From assembly GCA_002633005.1 (NCBI GenBank), contig NMRA01000114.1, forward strand, positions 460,835-524,834: 64,000 nt of DNA, in the 5' to 3' direction. Origin of the DNA: Phoronis australis. Lineage: Eukaryota > Animalia > Phoronida. A program made the position numbers and the translations under genes. How positions within the stretch are numbered: the first letter of the stretch is position 1; the number at the start of each line of letters is the position of its first letter. Below are positions 1 to 41,600 of the stretch, in pieces. The notes below the pieces were generated by a model. It had not been told where the DNA came from and ran no database searches. It saw nothing but the letters and a program-made list of their open reading frames with translations.

Positions 1-509
1 TAGACAACAGTAGGAATTTTTTGTTACAAAATAGTGTCATGTAGAAAATACGTCGTGTCTCGGATGCAACAGAAGTCTTAATGAACTGTTTTCATATTTT
101 CGGTCAACTTAGTACACCACATACATAAGATGCACATATCAAGGTTAACCTTATGGGCATACATGATTGTACATAGGTCACGCTTCACAATAACGCTGCC
201 CAAGGCTTCAAACAAATAATTTATGAAAGGCTACCACTTTATATACAAGTTCATTTACTACTGCAGTAACAAATCTACTTGACCACAAAGTATACCTCCA
301 CTAGACCTAGAATCAACAGGATGCTATATTGATTTCAGACGTGCACTACGTCATGATCGGTTCCATCAGATTTGCCCTGCACAACTAACCTGAGCAAGAA
401 ATGTCCAACAACACCAGGGGGCACTAGTAAAGTACAACTGCACTAATTTAGCACTTCATTAAGTTAGTTTACCTCGCCGTGACATGACACACAAGGACTG
501 GAATAACAT

Positions 510-29355
<28,846 letters not shown>

Positions 29356-29685
29356 GATGGTCCGCTGGCTAATTGCACGCGTCAGATATCGAAAATGAAG
29401 ACTATCGAGAACACTTTCCAGTCATTTTTCCGTATCTTTTTCGACAATGACCGTCCTCCATGTGAAGACACAATATCACGTGATCCGTTTGACGCACGGT
29501 GATTGGTTTTGTTTTATTTGCCTCGGTTTGAGAACACAACCTCGACCTCAGATGGCGCTTGTTATGAAAATGGTTTTGAGTCCTCGGAAATTATGTACAC
29601 AAAACTTGATTTGTGAAACGAAATGAATGGATTGGTTGTTTGCATAATGGGCTTTATAAGTTGCTAATAATTTATTTTCAGAGCA
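29356..29685. promoter_or_regulatory. Bidirectional promoter DOT1L/RAD54L
   Basis: Only 330 bp separate the divergent ATGs. Contains the palindromic E-box ATCACGTGAT (29475-29484), ATTGG/CCAAT boxes (29501-29506, 29630-29635) and a YY1-like AGATGGCG (29550-29557). Confidence 0.75.
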
Positions 29686-32600
29686 ATGGTAAGTTAGCTC
29701 AATACAGTGATGGACAACTGCCCTAGTCGATGCCAAGCGCAGACTTGGTCAATAAATGTGTCAATGAGTGAATGTGTCGATCAACATGAATTTCACTCTG
29801 TTAGTCTGTAGTCTGTCCCCGTCTAGACAGTGGCACTGCCAGTAGAGACGGTGGAGCTGTTTAAGCACTTCAAACACTGGAAGCTTTTCAGCGTATTATG
29901 CCTCGCACTGATTACAACACCAAAGTCATACTGTTGTAAATACCTTTTGCGCATAGAGGGACACCTACCTAGGAGACCGTGGATCATGTGAATGTATTTA
30001 ATTCCTTCCAACCCGAACAAATACTCCCGCGGCAGGTGATATGATGTCATATCCTCTGGGGTGCGCAGTGTGAAAATAATGAGTTACCAATTTTAGGAAT
30101 TGAACGAGGGACTGCTCGAAGAAAAAGTTTGATAACGGGAGTATTTGTTCGAGTTGGAAAGAATTGAATACATTTGATGGCCTCCTAAGGACCTAAGATG
30201 TCTCTCTATGTGCAAAAAGTATCTATATCAATGTGACTTTGATGTTTGAATCAGTGCAAGGCATAATTTGCCAAAAAGCATTGGGCGTATGAAGTGCCTA
30301 TAGAAGCTCCACTACTAGCGGTGCCAGCTAAAGACGGTGGTCACTGTCTAGTCACCATCGGGCCTGTCCAGTGGGAGCTTAATTATTTCGATCTATTGGA
30401 ACATACGTCTAGTATACACCATATAAGGAAAGAAGGGAGCTCTGTGTATGCCATTAAATAGTTTAATAGATATGCTGGAAGTCTGGCGAGGTTCACATTC
30501 TCCCCACTAATTCTGTGTGACTCTTATGATAACTTCTGCTTAACCTTTGACTCGGGTCACACAATGAATGACCCCTGATCGAAGATCAAGCAGCAGATAA
30601 TAATAACGATCAACACACGCATCACATAATGGTGAGATTTCAAACCTCCCCATTGTTCCAACACACCTGTGAAACTTTATAATGGCGTACGCAGTACTCC
30701 CTTCTTTAGTTAATTTCCTATATACTAGAGGTGTATTCTAACAGATCGAAATAAGCTCCAGTGGGTCTGTCGCCACTGACTCTGTCAGACTCAAAGACAA
30801 AATAGCAGGACAGTATGCACACTATTACTAGTTGGTGAACAAGTCAATTTGTCTCTGTTGACAGGCTTGATTACAACTTGTAAATCAGAAACAAATATTG
30901 ACCGAAAGATATAATACAAAATACGTGCCAACAGCTAATTTTGAACCTTGGCCGCTCCTGCTAAGTTACGAAATCTATCTATTCTACCATAGACTGTAGT
31001 CAATATGATAACATGCAGTCGTTGGTGCCATTTGTAATTGGGTCATTATTTTCATTCCATAATCAAAAACTTGATGTCCCAAATTCAACCTTATTTGCAA
31101 ATTCTGAGATAAAACGTGTTGTATGGTTGGCCTGGTTTTTTAAAGCAAAACATTTCTGAGGTGAACAAGAAATAAATGAAGATATCATGACCTATTCAGC
31201 TGATCATTTGTTGGTGTTGGCATTGCAAATCATTGTACAGTGGACTAGAGTGCACTGCACAGTGACTTGCATGGAATACCAACACATGGTTTTCACTGTA
31301 CTCATCAATTCGTACAATGCGTATGTTGCTTTCTTCCAGAGGCGAAGTCATGCTCCGAGTCTTGCTGGACTTGTGGCCAAAAGGAAAGGCAGCGAAGAAG
31401 GAAATTGTGAGAGTATGACGAAGGTATAATGTTAAACTGATGAGTACGCTTGTCAGTCCATTCTGTTTAGAGTGAGGATTGAACTTCCTGATTAAAAACC
31501 TTCGTAAGTTTGGGCTTGCAGAGAGATTCATGACTATAGTTGCAGCACTTTTCATGGACATCTGACAAATAAATGTACTCGGGAAACGCTAAGGATTTAA
31601 GAAAGTCACCAGTTCGAGTTTTCGTGACCTGCTACTTGGTAAATATCAACAGCTTATGTAGTTTTTAACTCACCAAAAGTATGAATTTGTAGAAAGCCTG
31701 TAGAATTTTAATTTTCTGTCATTAATTGGTACACAGGACTTTACTTTTTGCACCTTCTCCAACCCCGTTATATGTACTGAAACTTACTTAAAACCCCTCT
31801 ATATCAGGTGGTCAAGAAACAGCAACGGGACGACAACAGCATTGAAGATAAGCTACTGTCCAGCCAGTACATGTCGCCCTTCAGGAGACCCCTGACTCCC
31901 ATCATCAACAGGCCTTCTCTACCTGATCACAATGCCTATGTAAATATACACCCAGTCCTGTCACAGTAATCTAGTTCACAGTCCAATCTCAATTGTTTGA
32001 CAGACCCTTCTAGAATTGAGCAGGAGTCAAACAAACATTGTAGGCAGTCTTCAGAATGTGAATAAGCATGCTGTGGCTGGTGTTGCATTCGAGGAATTGT
32101 TTTACGCCAAAGTTGCCAGTTTCCAGCCTGTTTTATCAAGCATTTAGTACAGGCTTTCACGTTGGGAGATAATGTTTGATTTGACAGGGTTTCCTTAATG
32201 TAACACAGTCATCATGTACTTGGACAGTCTGAACAAAGACGCCAGTTTACAATAATATCTGCTGAAATAAAGCTGTGAAAATTGTAGAATGATGTTTTGC
32301 AACTTTGTAGTTAGCCAGAGATTTCCGCCAAAATTGTGCACACCACAGACATATCTCATTTTTTCATCAAATGAACTTTTTGTTTTTAAGTCATCACCTG
32401 TATCTGGCTTATAAGTAGTATGATAATGTACAAAAGTATGAGTTATTTCAATATGGACCCCAATCACATGGCCAATGAAACCCTTCTCTTGAGCAAAAAT
32501 TTTCTACAAAATGAATTCTGTGTTCTGATGGCTTGTAAGGGTGGCTGTGTGTATCTTTTCTTATGAGACTTATTGGATTGTGCATTGCGTGAAATATTTT

Positions 32601-35600
32601 TTAGTAAAACTCTATAGAAATTATGATAAAAAATTAAAAGTTGTTGCTCAAATTCCCATTATCCAACTTTTCAAAGGCTTGGTACACTGAAGAAAATACT
32701 CGAAATTCTACAAAGTGTTGTTTCTTGACAATTACATAATAAATCAATGCTGACAAGAAGTAAATAATCCTTACTGATTATTTTGGTTAAATAATTTACA
32801 CAACAAAATCACCTTTACCCCATATTTTGTCTTAAACTGAAAAAATTAGGTTTTGATTTTACGATAGATTCACCAGTGTCGAAGGCCAAGTTGTGCACAT
32901 ATTATTCAGGGCTTGGAATTTTCCGCGGAAACGTGGATTTCCGCTTTTTTCAAATATGCTTTCCGCTTTTTTTATAATATTTCCGCATACGGATTTGATA
33001 TAAAATTTCCGCGGCAAATGCCTTTCTTACCGCGGCGTTGCAGACGACGTTCACCTCGAAAAGCGGATGTTGCTCTTTATGTTTCAGAAGTACGTAAATT
33101 GTCAACATTGCCGGGGCATCTGGGACAGCGTGGTGGGATTTTCAATGGCGTCTCGTGTTATTGTTAAGCGCGGCGACAAATACTACGGCTCTGCAGCAAA
33201 AATGTGTAGGTTGGGAGTGGACGGGCGAGCTAAAAGGACGCAGACGCATGCTACTGATGGTTGTAACGTTTTTTTTTTAGTCCTCCCGATTTTTGTCGGG
33301 GAAAGGTACACATTGACCATTTCAAGGCTGGTTATCGGGCATGATTTGGGCCGTAAAAGTTTCAAAGTTTCCGCGTTTTTTTGTCATTGGTCATTCCAAG
33401 CCCTGATTATTTAAACTTTAATATAGCAACCTCTGTTGGCCACTATTGTAATTATGATAATGTACTGTATTAGAATCTTGTTTGGTTTGTTTTAAGTTAA
33501 TTTTTGTTTCAAAATCTTTTCAGGAGGCAATGATCAAGAAAATTCTATCTCGGCCATTTAAGATTCCTATTCCTAACTATAAAGGTTGGTACCATTGTTG
33601 GTTTGTTACTTTGGTCGTGGTTTGCAGAGTGAAGTTCGGCGTCCTTATCAATTTACNATCACCTGTATCTGGCTTATAAGTAGTATAATAATGTACAAAA
33701 AGTATGAGTTATCTCAATATGGACCCCAATCACATGGCCAATGAAACCCTTCTTTTGAGCAAAAATTTTCTGCAAAATGAATTCTGTGTTCTTATGGCTT
33801 GTAAGGGTGGCTGTGTGTATCTTTTCTTCTGAGACTTATTGGATTGTGCATTGCGTGAAATATTTTTTAGTAAAACTGTAGAAATTATGATAAAAAATTA
33901 AAAGTTGTTGCTCAAATTCCCATTATCCAACTTTTCAAAGGCTTGGTACACTGAAGAAAATACTCGAAATTCTACAAAGTGTTGTTTCTTGACAACTACA
34001 TATTAAATCAATGCTGACAAGAAGTAAATAATCCTTACTGATTATTTTGGTTAAATAATTTACACAACAAAATCACCTTTACCCCATATTTTGTCTTAAA
34101 ACTGAAAAAATTAGGTTTTGATTTTATGATAGATTCACCAGTGTCGAAGGCCAAGTTGTGCCCACATTATTTAAACTTTAATATAGCGACCTCTGTTGGC
34201 CACTATTGTAATTATGATAATGTACTGTATTAGAATCTTCTTTGGTTTGTTTTAAGTTAATTTTTCTTTCAAAATATTTTCAGGAGGCAATGATCAAGAA
34301 AATTCTATCTCGGCCATTTAAGATTCCTATTCCTAACTATAAAGGTTGGTACCATTGTTGATTTGTTGCTTTGGTCGTGGTTTGCAGAGTGAAGTTCGGC
34401 GTCCTTATCAATTTACTTGGTGTCCATCTTTACTCTCTTACTCAGATGTAGTCTTATTTCTCAAGATCTTTAATCTTGCACTTTTGGTTTTTAGGGTGCC
34501 ATCATATAATTTACATGAAGGCCTGCCTTAAAATAAGGTTTTTTCTCTTGTCCATCTGTCACTGCTCTGAAATCAGTAGATATGTGGGTGAAATATTTTA
34601 TTTTCCACTTTTTATTCTAGGATGTTCTCATTTTTGTTGTGTCAGATATATGAAATGTGCAATTGAGAAAAAAATTCTTTTGTCAGATGTCAAATAAAAT
34701 ACTTTTGAGCCAGGCACCTATTTGGGTGAGGGAAAGCAAATTTAATTTTAATTCATGTTTTATTTTATTTTGTTTTATTTTATTTTAATCATGCATTTGA
34801 AGTGATACGCTTAAACTTAGTGCTGATATCAAGTCTCCCATAAGACTGATTTTTTTTTATAAATTCTCTTTTAATTTGGTTGATTTCTTTTTATTCAAAC
34901 ACATATTTGGCAATCGTAAAATGTTGATATTGAAATATGCTGTAAAGAATAAGACTAACCGTTTCTTTAAGTGTAACTGTAGAATATTTATTTCTCTTGC
35001 CAATTTTGAAAGACTTGTAATTTGGAGATCTTCATGGACATGTTGTGAACTATCAGTTTAACATAGAAAAGTGTTAGAATAGGAAATTAAGTATTTTCAA
35101 CCCTATCATTTTTTTCTTTCCTGGAAAAGTCATAAAATTTGTTCAGGATAAGTCTGGGATCTTGTGTACCCAATCCTGCCATGTCGTGGTTATATTTTGT
35201 TTTCTAGGTTCGACTCTTGCCAGTCGTGCCCTAGGTGTCCGTCGCCAAGGTGCCCGGCAAGCACTACATGACCCATTTGAAGAAGGAGCTCTTGTGTTGT
35301 ATCACCCGCCAGAGTTGAGTGCGCACGAACAGCTCAAGTCAGAAGTGTAAGTGTTGGGTGTTCACATAGAGGGCGTTGGTGTTGTCAGAAGTGTAGGTGG
35401 TGTGGTAATGTAGATCTTGATGTTGGGTGTTCCCATAGAGGGCGTTGGTGTTGTAGAGACTGCCAGGGAGCTAAAGACTTTGAGCTGAGTTCATAAGCAG
35501 CTCACGGAACTGGAGGACTAGAGGGGAGATCTCGTGAGCACCTCAAAGACAAGATAAAGTTGTTTTTAAGTGTTGCGGAGATATTGGTGGTGCTGTCCTT

Positions 35601-38600
35601 GAAGTACACACTCGACCACATCAAGTGTTTGGAAGTGTAGAGATAGCTTTGTCCATTTTTGTGGTCGATTATTAGCCTCGTTCATCTCTGAAAAAATTAA
35701 CAAATTACTGTGCTCTTTGATACTGCTCTGGCGTCTTACCCAAGTATGATAAAGTTTTGTAGATTCAAAACCAGTATTATTAACAACTCTTTTGTGCTAG
35801 ATTTCTATGTAGCTTTTTTATATAAACGAGTATCTGGGATTTCTTCAAAAGATTTTAAAGAAAATATCTCTATCAATATCTGCCCTTTAAAGGCCAAGTA
35901 GTGTTGCTTTTTATTACAGAGACAAACAGCCAGTACATGTGGTTGTTGACCCTGTTTTGTCAAAGGTGCTGCGACCTCATCAGCGGGAGGTAGGTCAAGG
36001 TTCAACTAGAAGTACGAGTGTTTGCGTTGTGAAGTCCTAATGAACCCCACTTCTGAAATGTTCAATAGCAAAATCACGAACATTTGAGTTAGACTTTCAC
36101 TGTTGAAATTAATTTTGTCTTGTACATTGAAAGTGATATCTGGTCTTTGGAAGAACTCGGACAGCTTGCTTGAGCCCGGGGCTCATCAAGCTTGCTTGAC
36201 TCAGAAGATTTGCCAAATTTTTGTTGGAATTCAGTGTCCTTATTTTGTGCGCTACAAGCAGTATGGCTGACATTAGATGGACGTTTAAAACGGTAGAAAA
36301 CTGCCACCTTTGGACAGTTTCAAACATTTGGAACACCAGACTAAGCGGAAATTAAGTTTTCTTGATTCCGAAGATTGGGACATGGAGAGATTTGTATTTC
36401 TCAAATATCGCAACACTACATTTTGTATCAGCAGAATCTGAAAATAGACTTGTCAGTTCATAAAATTGTAGAAAATAGCCACCAACATAACGTTTTCTTG
36501 CATCCTTATATTGCATTATGTTGAGAAGAATGATTGTCATTAATCGTAATTCTTGAATTTGAGACGGCCAATATTCCCTATTTCTAAAATTTAGTACCAC
36601 CCCAGACCTTGACTGACCAAATTAAAGAAGTTTTCACTGTCTCAAAGTGAAGAGTTTTTACCGTAGAATGCTAAGTTGAGTATTATTTCCTGTCAGTACA
36701 ATGCCTAAAGTGTTTTTATCTTATAACCATTGAATATGACATGTAGTTCTATGGACTTTGTTTTCTCACAGGGTGTGAAGTTCATGTATGACTGTGTGAC
36801 GGGAGACCAGATCCCAGATAACTACGGCTGTATCATGGCTGATGAGATGGGCCTTGGCAAGACTCTGCAGTGTATCACTCTTATGTGGACACTACTGGTA
36901 TGCATGGTGATAATTCATGAGGGACATCTGGACCCCTCTTCTCGACTACTTGTGTATTGGTTTAATGGAGGAGTATGTGGGATTCAGTCAGATCCATTCC
37001 GGTTGTCATGGATCCGCTCCAGTGCTTAGTATTTTGCGACGTAATCTTTCCAGGCGGGTGGAACCACAAATATCTGAATAGATACAGAAGCCTTTTTATT
37101 TCTGAACTCCCATCGTGGTCAAATGTTCATCCTAGAGAGAACAGCTGCTGCTGTAGAATACTGAGTTATTCTTGAAATATTTGTTAAATTCACAGAATAC
37201 GATCCAGTTTTTATTTTTTATGGAAAGTATGCAGTACTTTACTTTTCTCAGTTTTTAAACAACCATCAATTATTTTCTAGCAAATATTTTATGCTGGTCA
37301 TTCCATCAAAACATGTCATGATTAAAAGTTCTTCCCAAAACCTTTCTTAATTTGCTCGAGTTTTTCTTAATTTCTACCCAGTTCTTGTTCTTACCTTGCT
37401 CTCATGTTTTGGTATTTTGCACAAATGTGGGGCAACCTTCCCTATATACTGTTGGTCTTAAGTTTGTAATTGTTAGATTCGTTGTTAATCATTATAGTGA
37501 GAGGCGGTACTCTGTGAGGGGCTCATCATGATGAGAAACAGCACTCTGTCAGGGGCTCATCATGATGAGAAACAGCACTCTGTCAGGGGCTCATCATGAT
37601 GAGAAACAGCACTCTGTCAGGAGCTCATCATGATGAGAAACAGCACTCTGTCAGGGGCTCATCATGATGAGAAACAGCACTCTGTCAGGGGCTCATCATG
37701 ATGAGAAACAGCACTCTGTCAGGGGCTCATCATGATGAGAAACAGCACTCTGTCAGGGGCTCATCATGATGAGAAACAGCACTGTTAGGGGCTCATCATG
37801 ATGAGAAACAGCACTCTGTCAGGGGCTCATTATGCTGATAGGTGATACTCTGGCATTGGTCTGAGTTCTTGAGAGATGGTTTATTTGTCCGAGAACATCC
37901 GGTTCTGGAATTAATGTCTGGCCGTTGATTCTTTTCTAGAGACAGAGTCCCGATGCCAAGCCTCTCCTTGACAAAGCCATTGTTGTTGCGCCAAGTAGTT
38001 TAGTAAAGGTAAGGTGGAGGTGATGTTGACATGATAGTATTAGTGCTTGGGTATGTGATAAAATTAAGTTTGTTGTGTTAGTCAAATAGTGACAGATCCT
38101 TAGCAGATTACAGCTTTATAGGGATTGAAATGACATTGTTCGTCATGGTCAGAAGAGAAGTAAGTAATTGTATTTATCAAGTTTGATTGAAACATGGAAA
38201 TCTGCCTAGTACTAGGAATAAAGTTTTGATTGACATTTGATATGATTCTTGTAACTGGAAAGTTTAAAGAATTGACTGTAGATTAGAAGTTGTAAATTTA
38301 ATTCTTTGCTTTATAGCGAAATTTCACTTATATAGGCAAAGATTGCTAAAGGCTAAGCCCAATTTTCAGTCATTTTTACATGAGTTATGTGATTACCACA
38401 ACCTAGAAAAAAATATTTACAATAATAAATTGGATCCTGAGAGATTCCAGGCAAGGTGGTCTTCTTTTTTGCCCAGGAACTAACTTTTACAGGGTAAGAT
38501 AATGTTCGTAATTTGTTTGATGTACTTGACTAGATTTCATATTGCTGTACAACTATGTACTGGTTGGTTGAATTAATAAATGTTTCATTCAAAAAAAAAA

Positions 38601-41600
38601 GAGTTGACTGTTGACATTATGTTTTTCTCCACAGAACTGGTACAATGAGATCAGCAAGTGGTTAGGTAACAAGATAAATGCCTTGGCTATTGACTCTGGC
38701 TCAAAAAGTGACATCGACCGGAACCTGGGTTTGTAGAAGACCGTTTGTGATTTCTCCTCATTTGCTAGTTAAAGTTTACACACTTGCAAAGTCAACAAGC
38801 TGATACATTTTACGTTTTTTGAGGCAAGATTGCAACTGCACATCCCAGGATAACAACTAGAGTCACTATTATGCTGGTACATGTGTATTCACTGAGAAAT
38901 CTTTCTTTGGTTTGATTTTATACTTATGGCAAGAGATTATTCAAATACTGAAGTTAGGGTTGCTACTTTAACTAGTTTTCTAGGATTGTAATTTGTGCTG
39001 GAGCCCATCAATGGTAATTTTGCGCTTGATTCATCTTGGCTTGATTTTTGTATTTTCAAAAATAAATGCGTGACGTGTCACTGTAAGTTGATGCTGTGTA
39101 TTGTTTTACAATAATAATTCAGCTGCATGTTAGTCTGAATTGTCAACATTAAGATTTTAAGCCTTCTGTCTTATGATTCTGGCCAACTCATGTGTCCTTG
39201 CACAGGCTTGTTTCAATAAAATGTCGTAACTTTACTACACTGCTTTACATTAACTCTAAACGAGTACTACATGTAAACTGGTCTTAATTCTCGCTTCAGA
39301 CTTTGTGTACAAAAATTCTGTAAAGTTACATTTTAGTGAAATAGGTACCAGTTTCCTTCTTGTACCATTTCATTTCTGTACTTTGCTTTCAGAACACTTC
39401 ATGAGGCAACAAGGTAGACGGAACCCCAACCCAATCCTAATCATTTCTTATGAAACATTCCGTCTTCACTGCAGAGTGCTTCACAAGGGAACTGTCGGTC
39501 TTGTCATCTGTGATGAGGTAAGACCAGAGATCATGTGATTTGCTAGAGGGATCCACTGCAATGTTCACATCCCGAGTTCAACGCTCTTTTTTGAGCAGGT
39601 GGAAAAAAGCGCTGTATGATTGGATGCCTAATTTTTGAAAGATTAACTTGTCAATGAAAAAGGTTTCTGAGCCGAGAAGAGCAAGAAAAGAGCAATATGT
39701 CACATCGTATCCAACATAATTATTCTTTTCAGTGCCCACATTACAATTCAATGTGCAACAGTAAAACTTTTACCATGAATTTCCCTGTGAAGTAGAGATT
39801 AGCACCATAACTGTGGAATCAATGCCCTAAGGACTTGCAGCATTGTGCGTAAATCCCGCAGAGTCAGAGAGAGAGCATCATGGTATTTTGGGATATGGCT
39901 ATTGCTTAAGTAATTGATGGTGAATGCTCTTTGGGATATGGCTATTCCTTAAGTAATTGATGGTGAATGCTCTTTGGGATATGGCTATTCCTTAAGTAAT
40001 TGATGGTGAATGCTCTTTATAAAAAATCATCTTTACATTGTGTATTGGTGTGTGTCTCACATGCTTGTTTGATTGAATACTTGCCATAATGTTTTATAAA
40101 CAAAAGTTTTGTGTATACTATGTATTCTATTGTTTTATTACTCATCTCTGTGGAAGGCCGTCATTGTTTTTTAATCTAGAGAGATATAGTTTTTAGCACT
40201 GATTCATTTCATGTATTCTGTCTCATCACATTTTTCTGTTCACTATAAAGGAAGCAACGTACATCAGTTTAATAGATGGTCAAAGTTCAACAAACTGCTG
40301 GGTACTAGAAGCAGTCCGTGGCAACGTGTAATTTAAACCATGTCAGGAAGAACAATTCTGTTTACATACATGTGAAGAAATTTAATTAATGGATATAATC
40401 CATGTCACCGTAATTCGAAAATTACTGCAATGAATAATATTAAGCCTGATGAGTAAGTCTGGGGAAGCGTGTAATCATGCATTGAATGTTGTCTCTGTGC
40501 GATGCTTTACAGGGACATCGTTTGAAGAACTGCGAGAACCAGACCTACAATGCTTTGAACGAGCTCAACGCCAAGAGACGGGTACTTTTGTCTGGCACAC
40601 CTATTCAAAATGACCTGCTCGAGTACTTCAGTCTGATACACTTTGTCAATGGTGGTATCCTGGGTAAGATTCTAAACAGCTCTTGTTTAGACCAGCTTCA
40701 CCTTTAGCCAAGCTGGTTAACCTGTCAAGAAATTGTTATTAGAATTTAGGATACTAAACCCTGTGTCGGTGATTTCACTCAAAGCTAATTATCTCGTAAT
40801 GAGCAGGAGTAGTACTTCCTCTGAGTGATCAGTGGTTCGTCATACAGTGCGTCTTGTAAATTGACAAGGGTGCTCTATTAACTCTACTAAAGTGGTAGTC
40901 AGACTCACCAATTTAGCGAGTTTAACTGGGTTTAAAGTACTTAAAATCCCCAATTTCATATCAAAAATGCCAAGAAACACCACCTGTCAATCATCTGTCA
41001 AAGTAGCACACTCGCAATCATTATCTGACAATGTGTTGATAAGCTGATCTGGAGTTCTGAGCATTTACAGGTCATGACATACTAGTACGTAAAACTGGGA
41101 CAGTCAATCACAGCATTAGTCATCCTACATTGTGTTTAGTGTGAAAAGTCGTCATATTCCTACTCATTTCCGGTAGTTTATGGTATAACCAAGAACGGTG
41201 TGGCGTTGCATTTGCAATGTTGTGGCAACGCAGCATTTGACCATGCTGGAACTCTTCACTTTCTTGCGGGACATTAGAGAAACTTTTCATTAAAGTCACA
41301 TTTCTTCTATCTTGTCATTTCTGAGACATTGAATTCATGGTTGTGATGTGCAGTTCTATGAAAAAAGGTTTAATGATGTTGACAATGTAGTCACTTGTCA
41401 AAATAATGTAAATGGTGGTTTTAAGCACTTTGATATTGTTTTTACTCATTCAATTCTCCAAAGTGGTACGATAATGCTGTTCTTTTAAAGCAAAATTATC
41501 ACCGAGAAAAGTAATTTTATGAAATCAGCCCGAGCTAGGATTTAAAACAGGAACTTTATTATCATTTGCTGTCAATAGCTCATCTGATGACTAATGTCTG

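Noticed and set aside
32913-33414. Similar ORFs here and at 45688-46126 as a small protein family
   Set aside because: They are chance frames within two copies of a non-autonomous MITE and show no transposase motifs.
33524-34344. RAD54L exon 4 duplicate as a mutually exclusive exon pair
   Set aside because: The exons are nucleotide-identical, the flanking introns are near-identical and the copies join at an N. Unlike the DOT1L pair, this fits a haplotype artefact.
37509-37830. CRISPR-like array of palindromic repeats
   Set aside because: The sequence between palindromes is identical (no unique spacers), there are no cas genes, and it lies in a eukaryotic intron.
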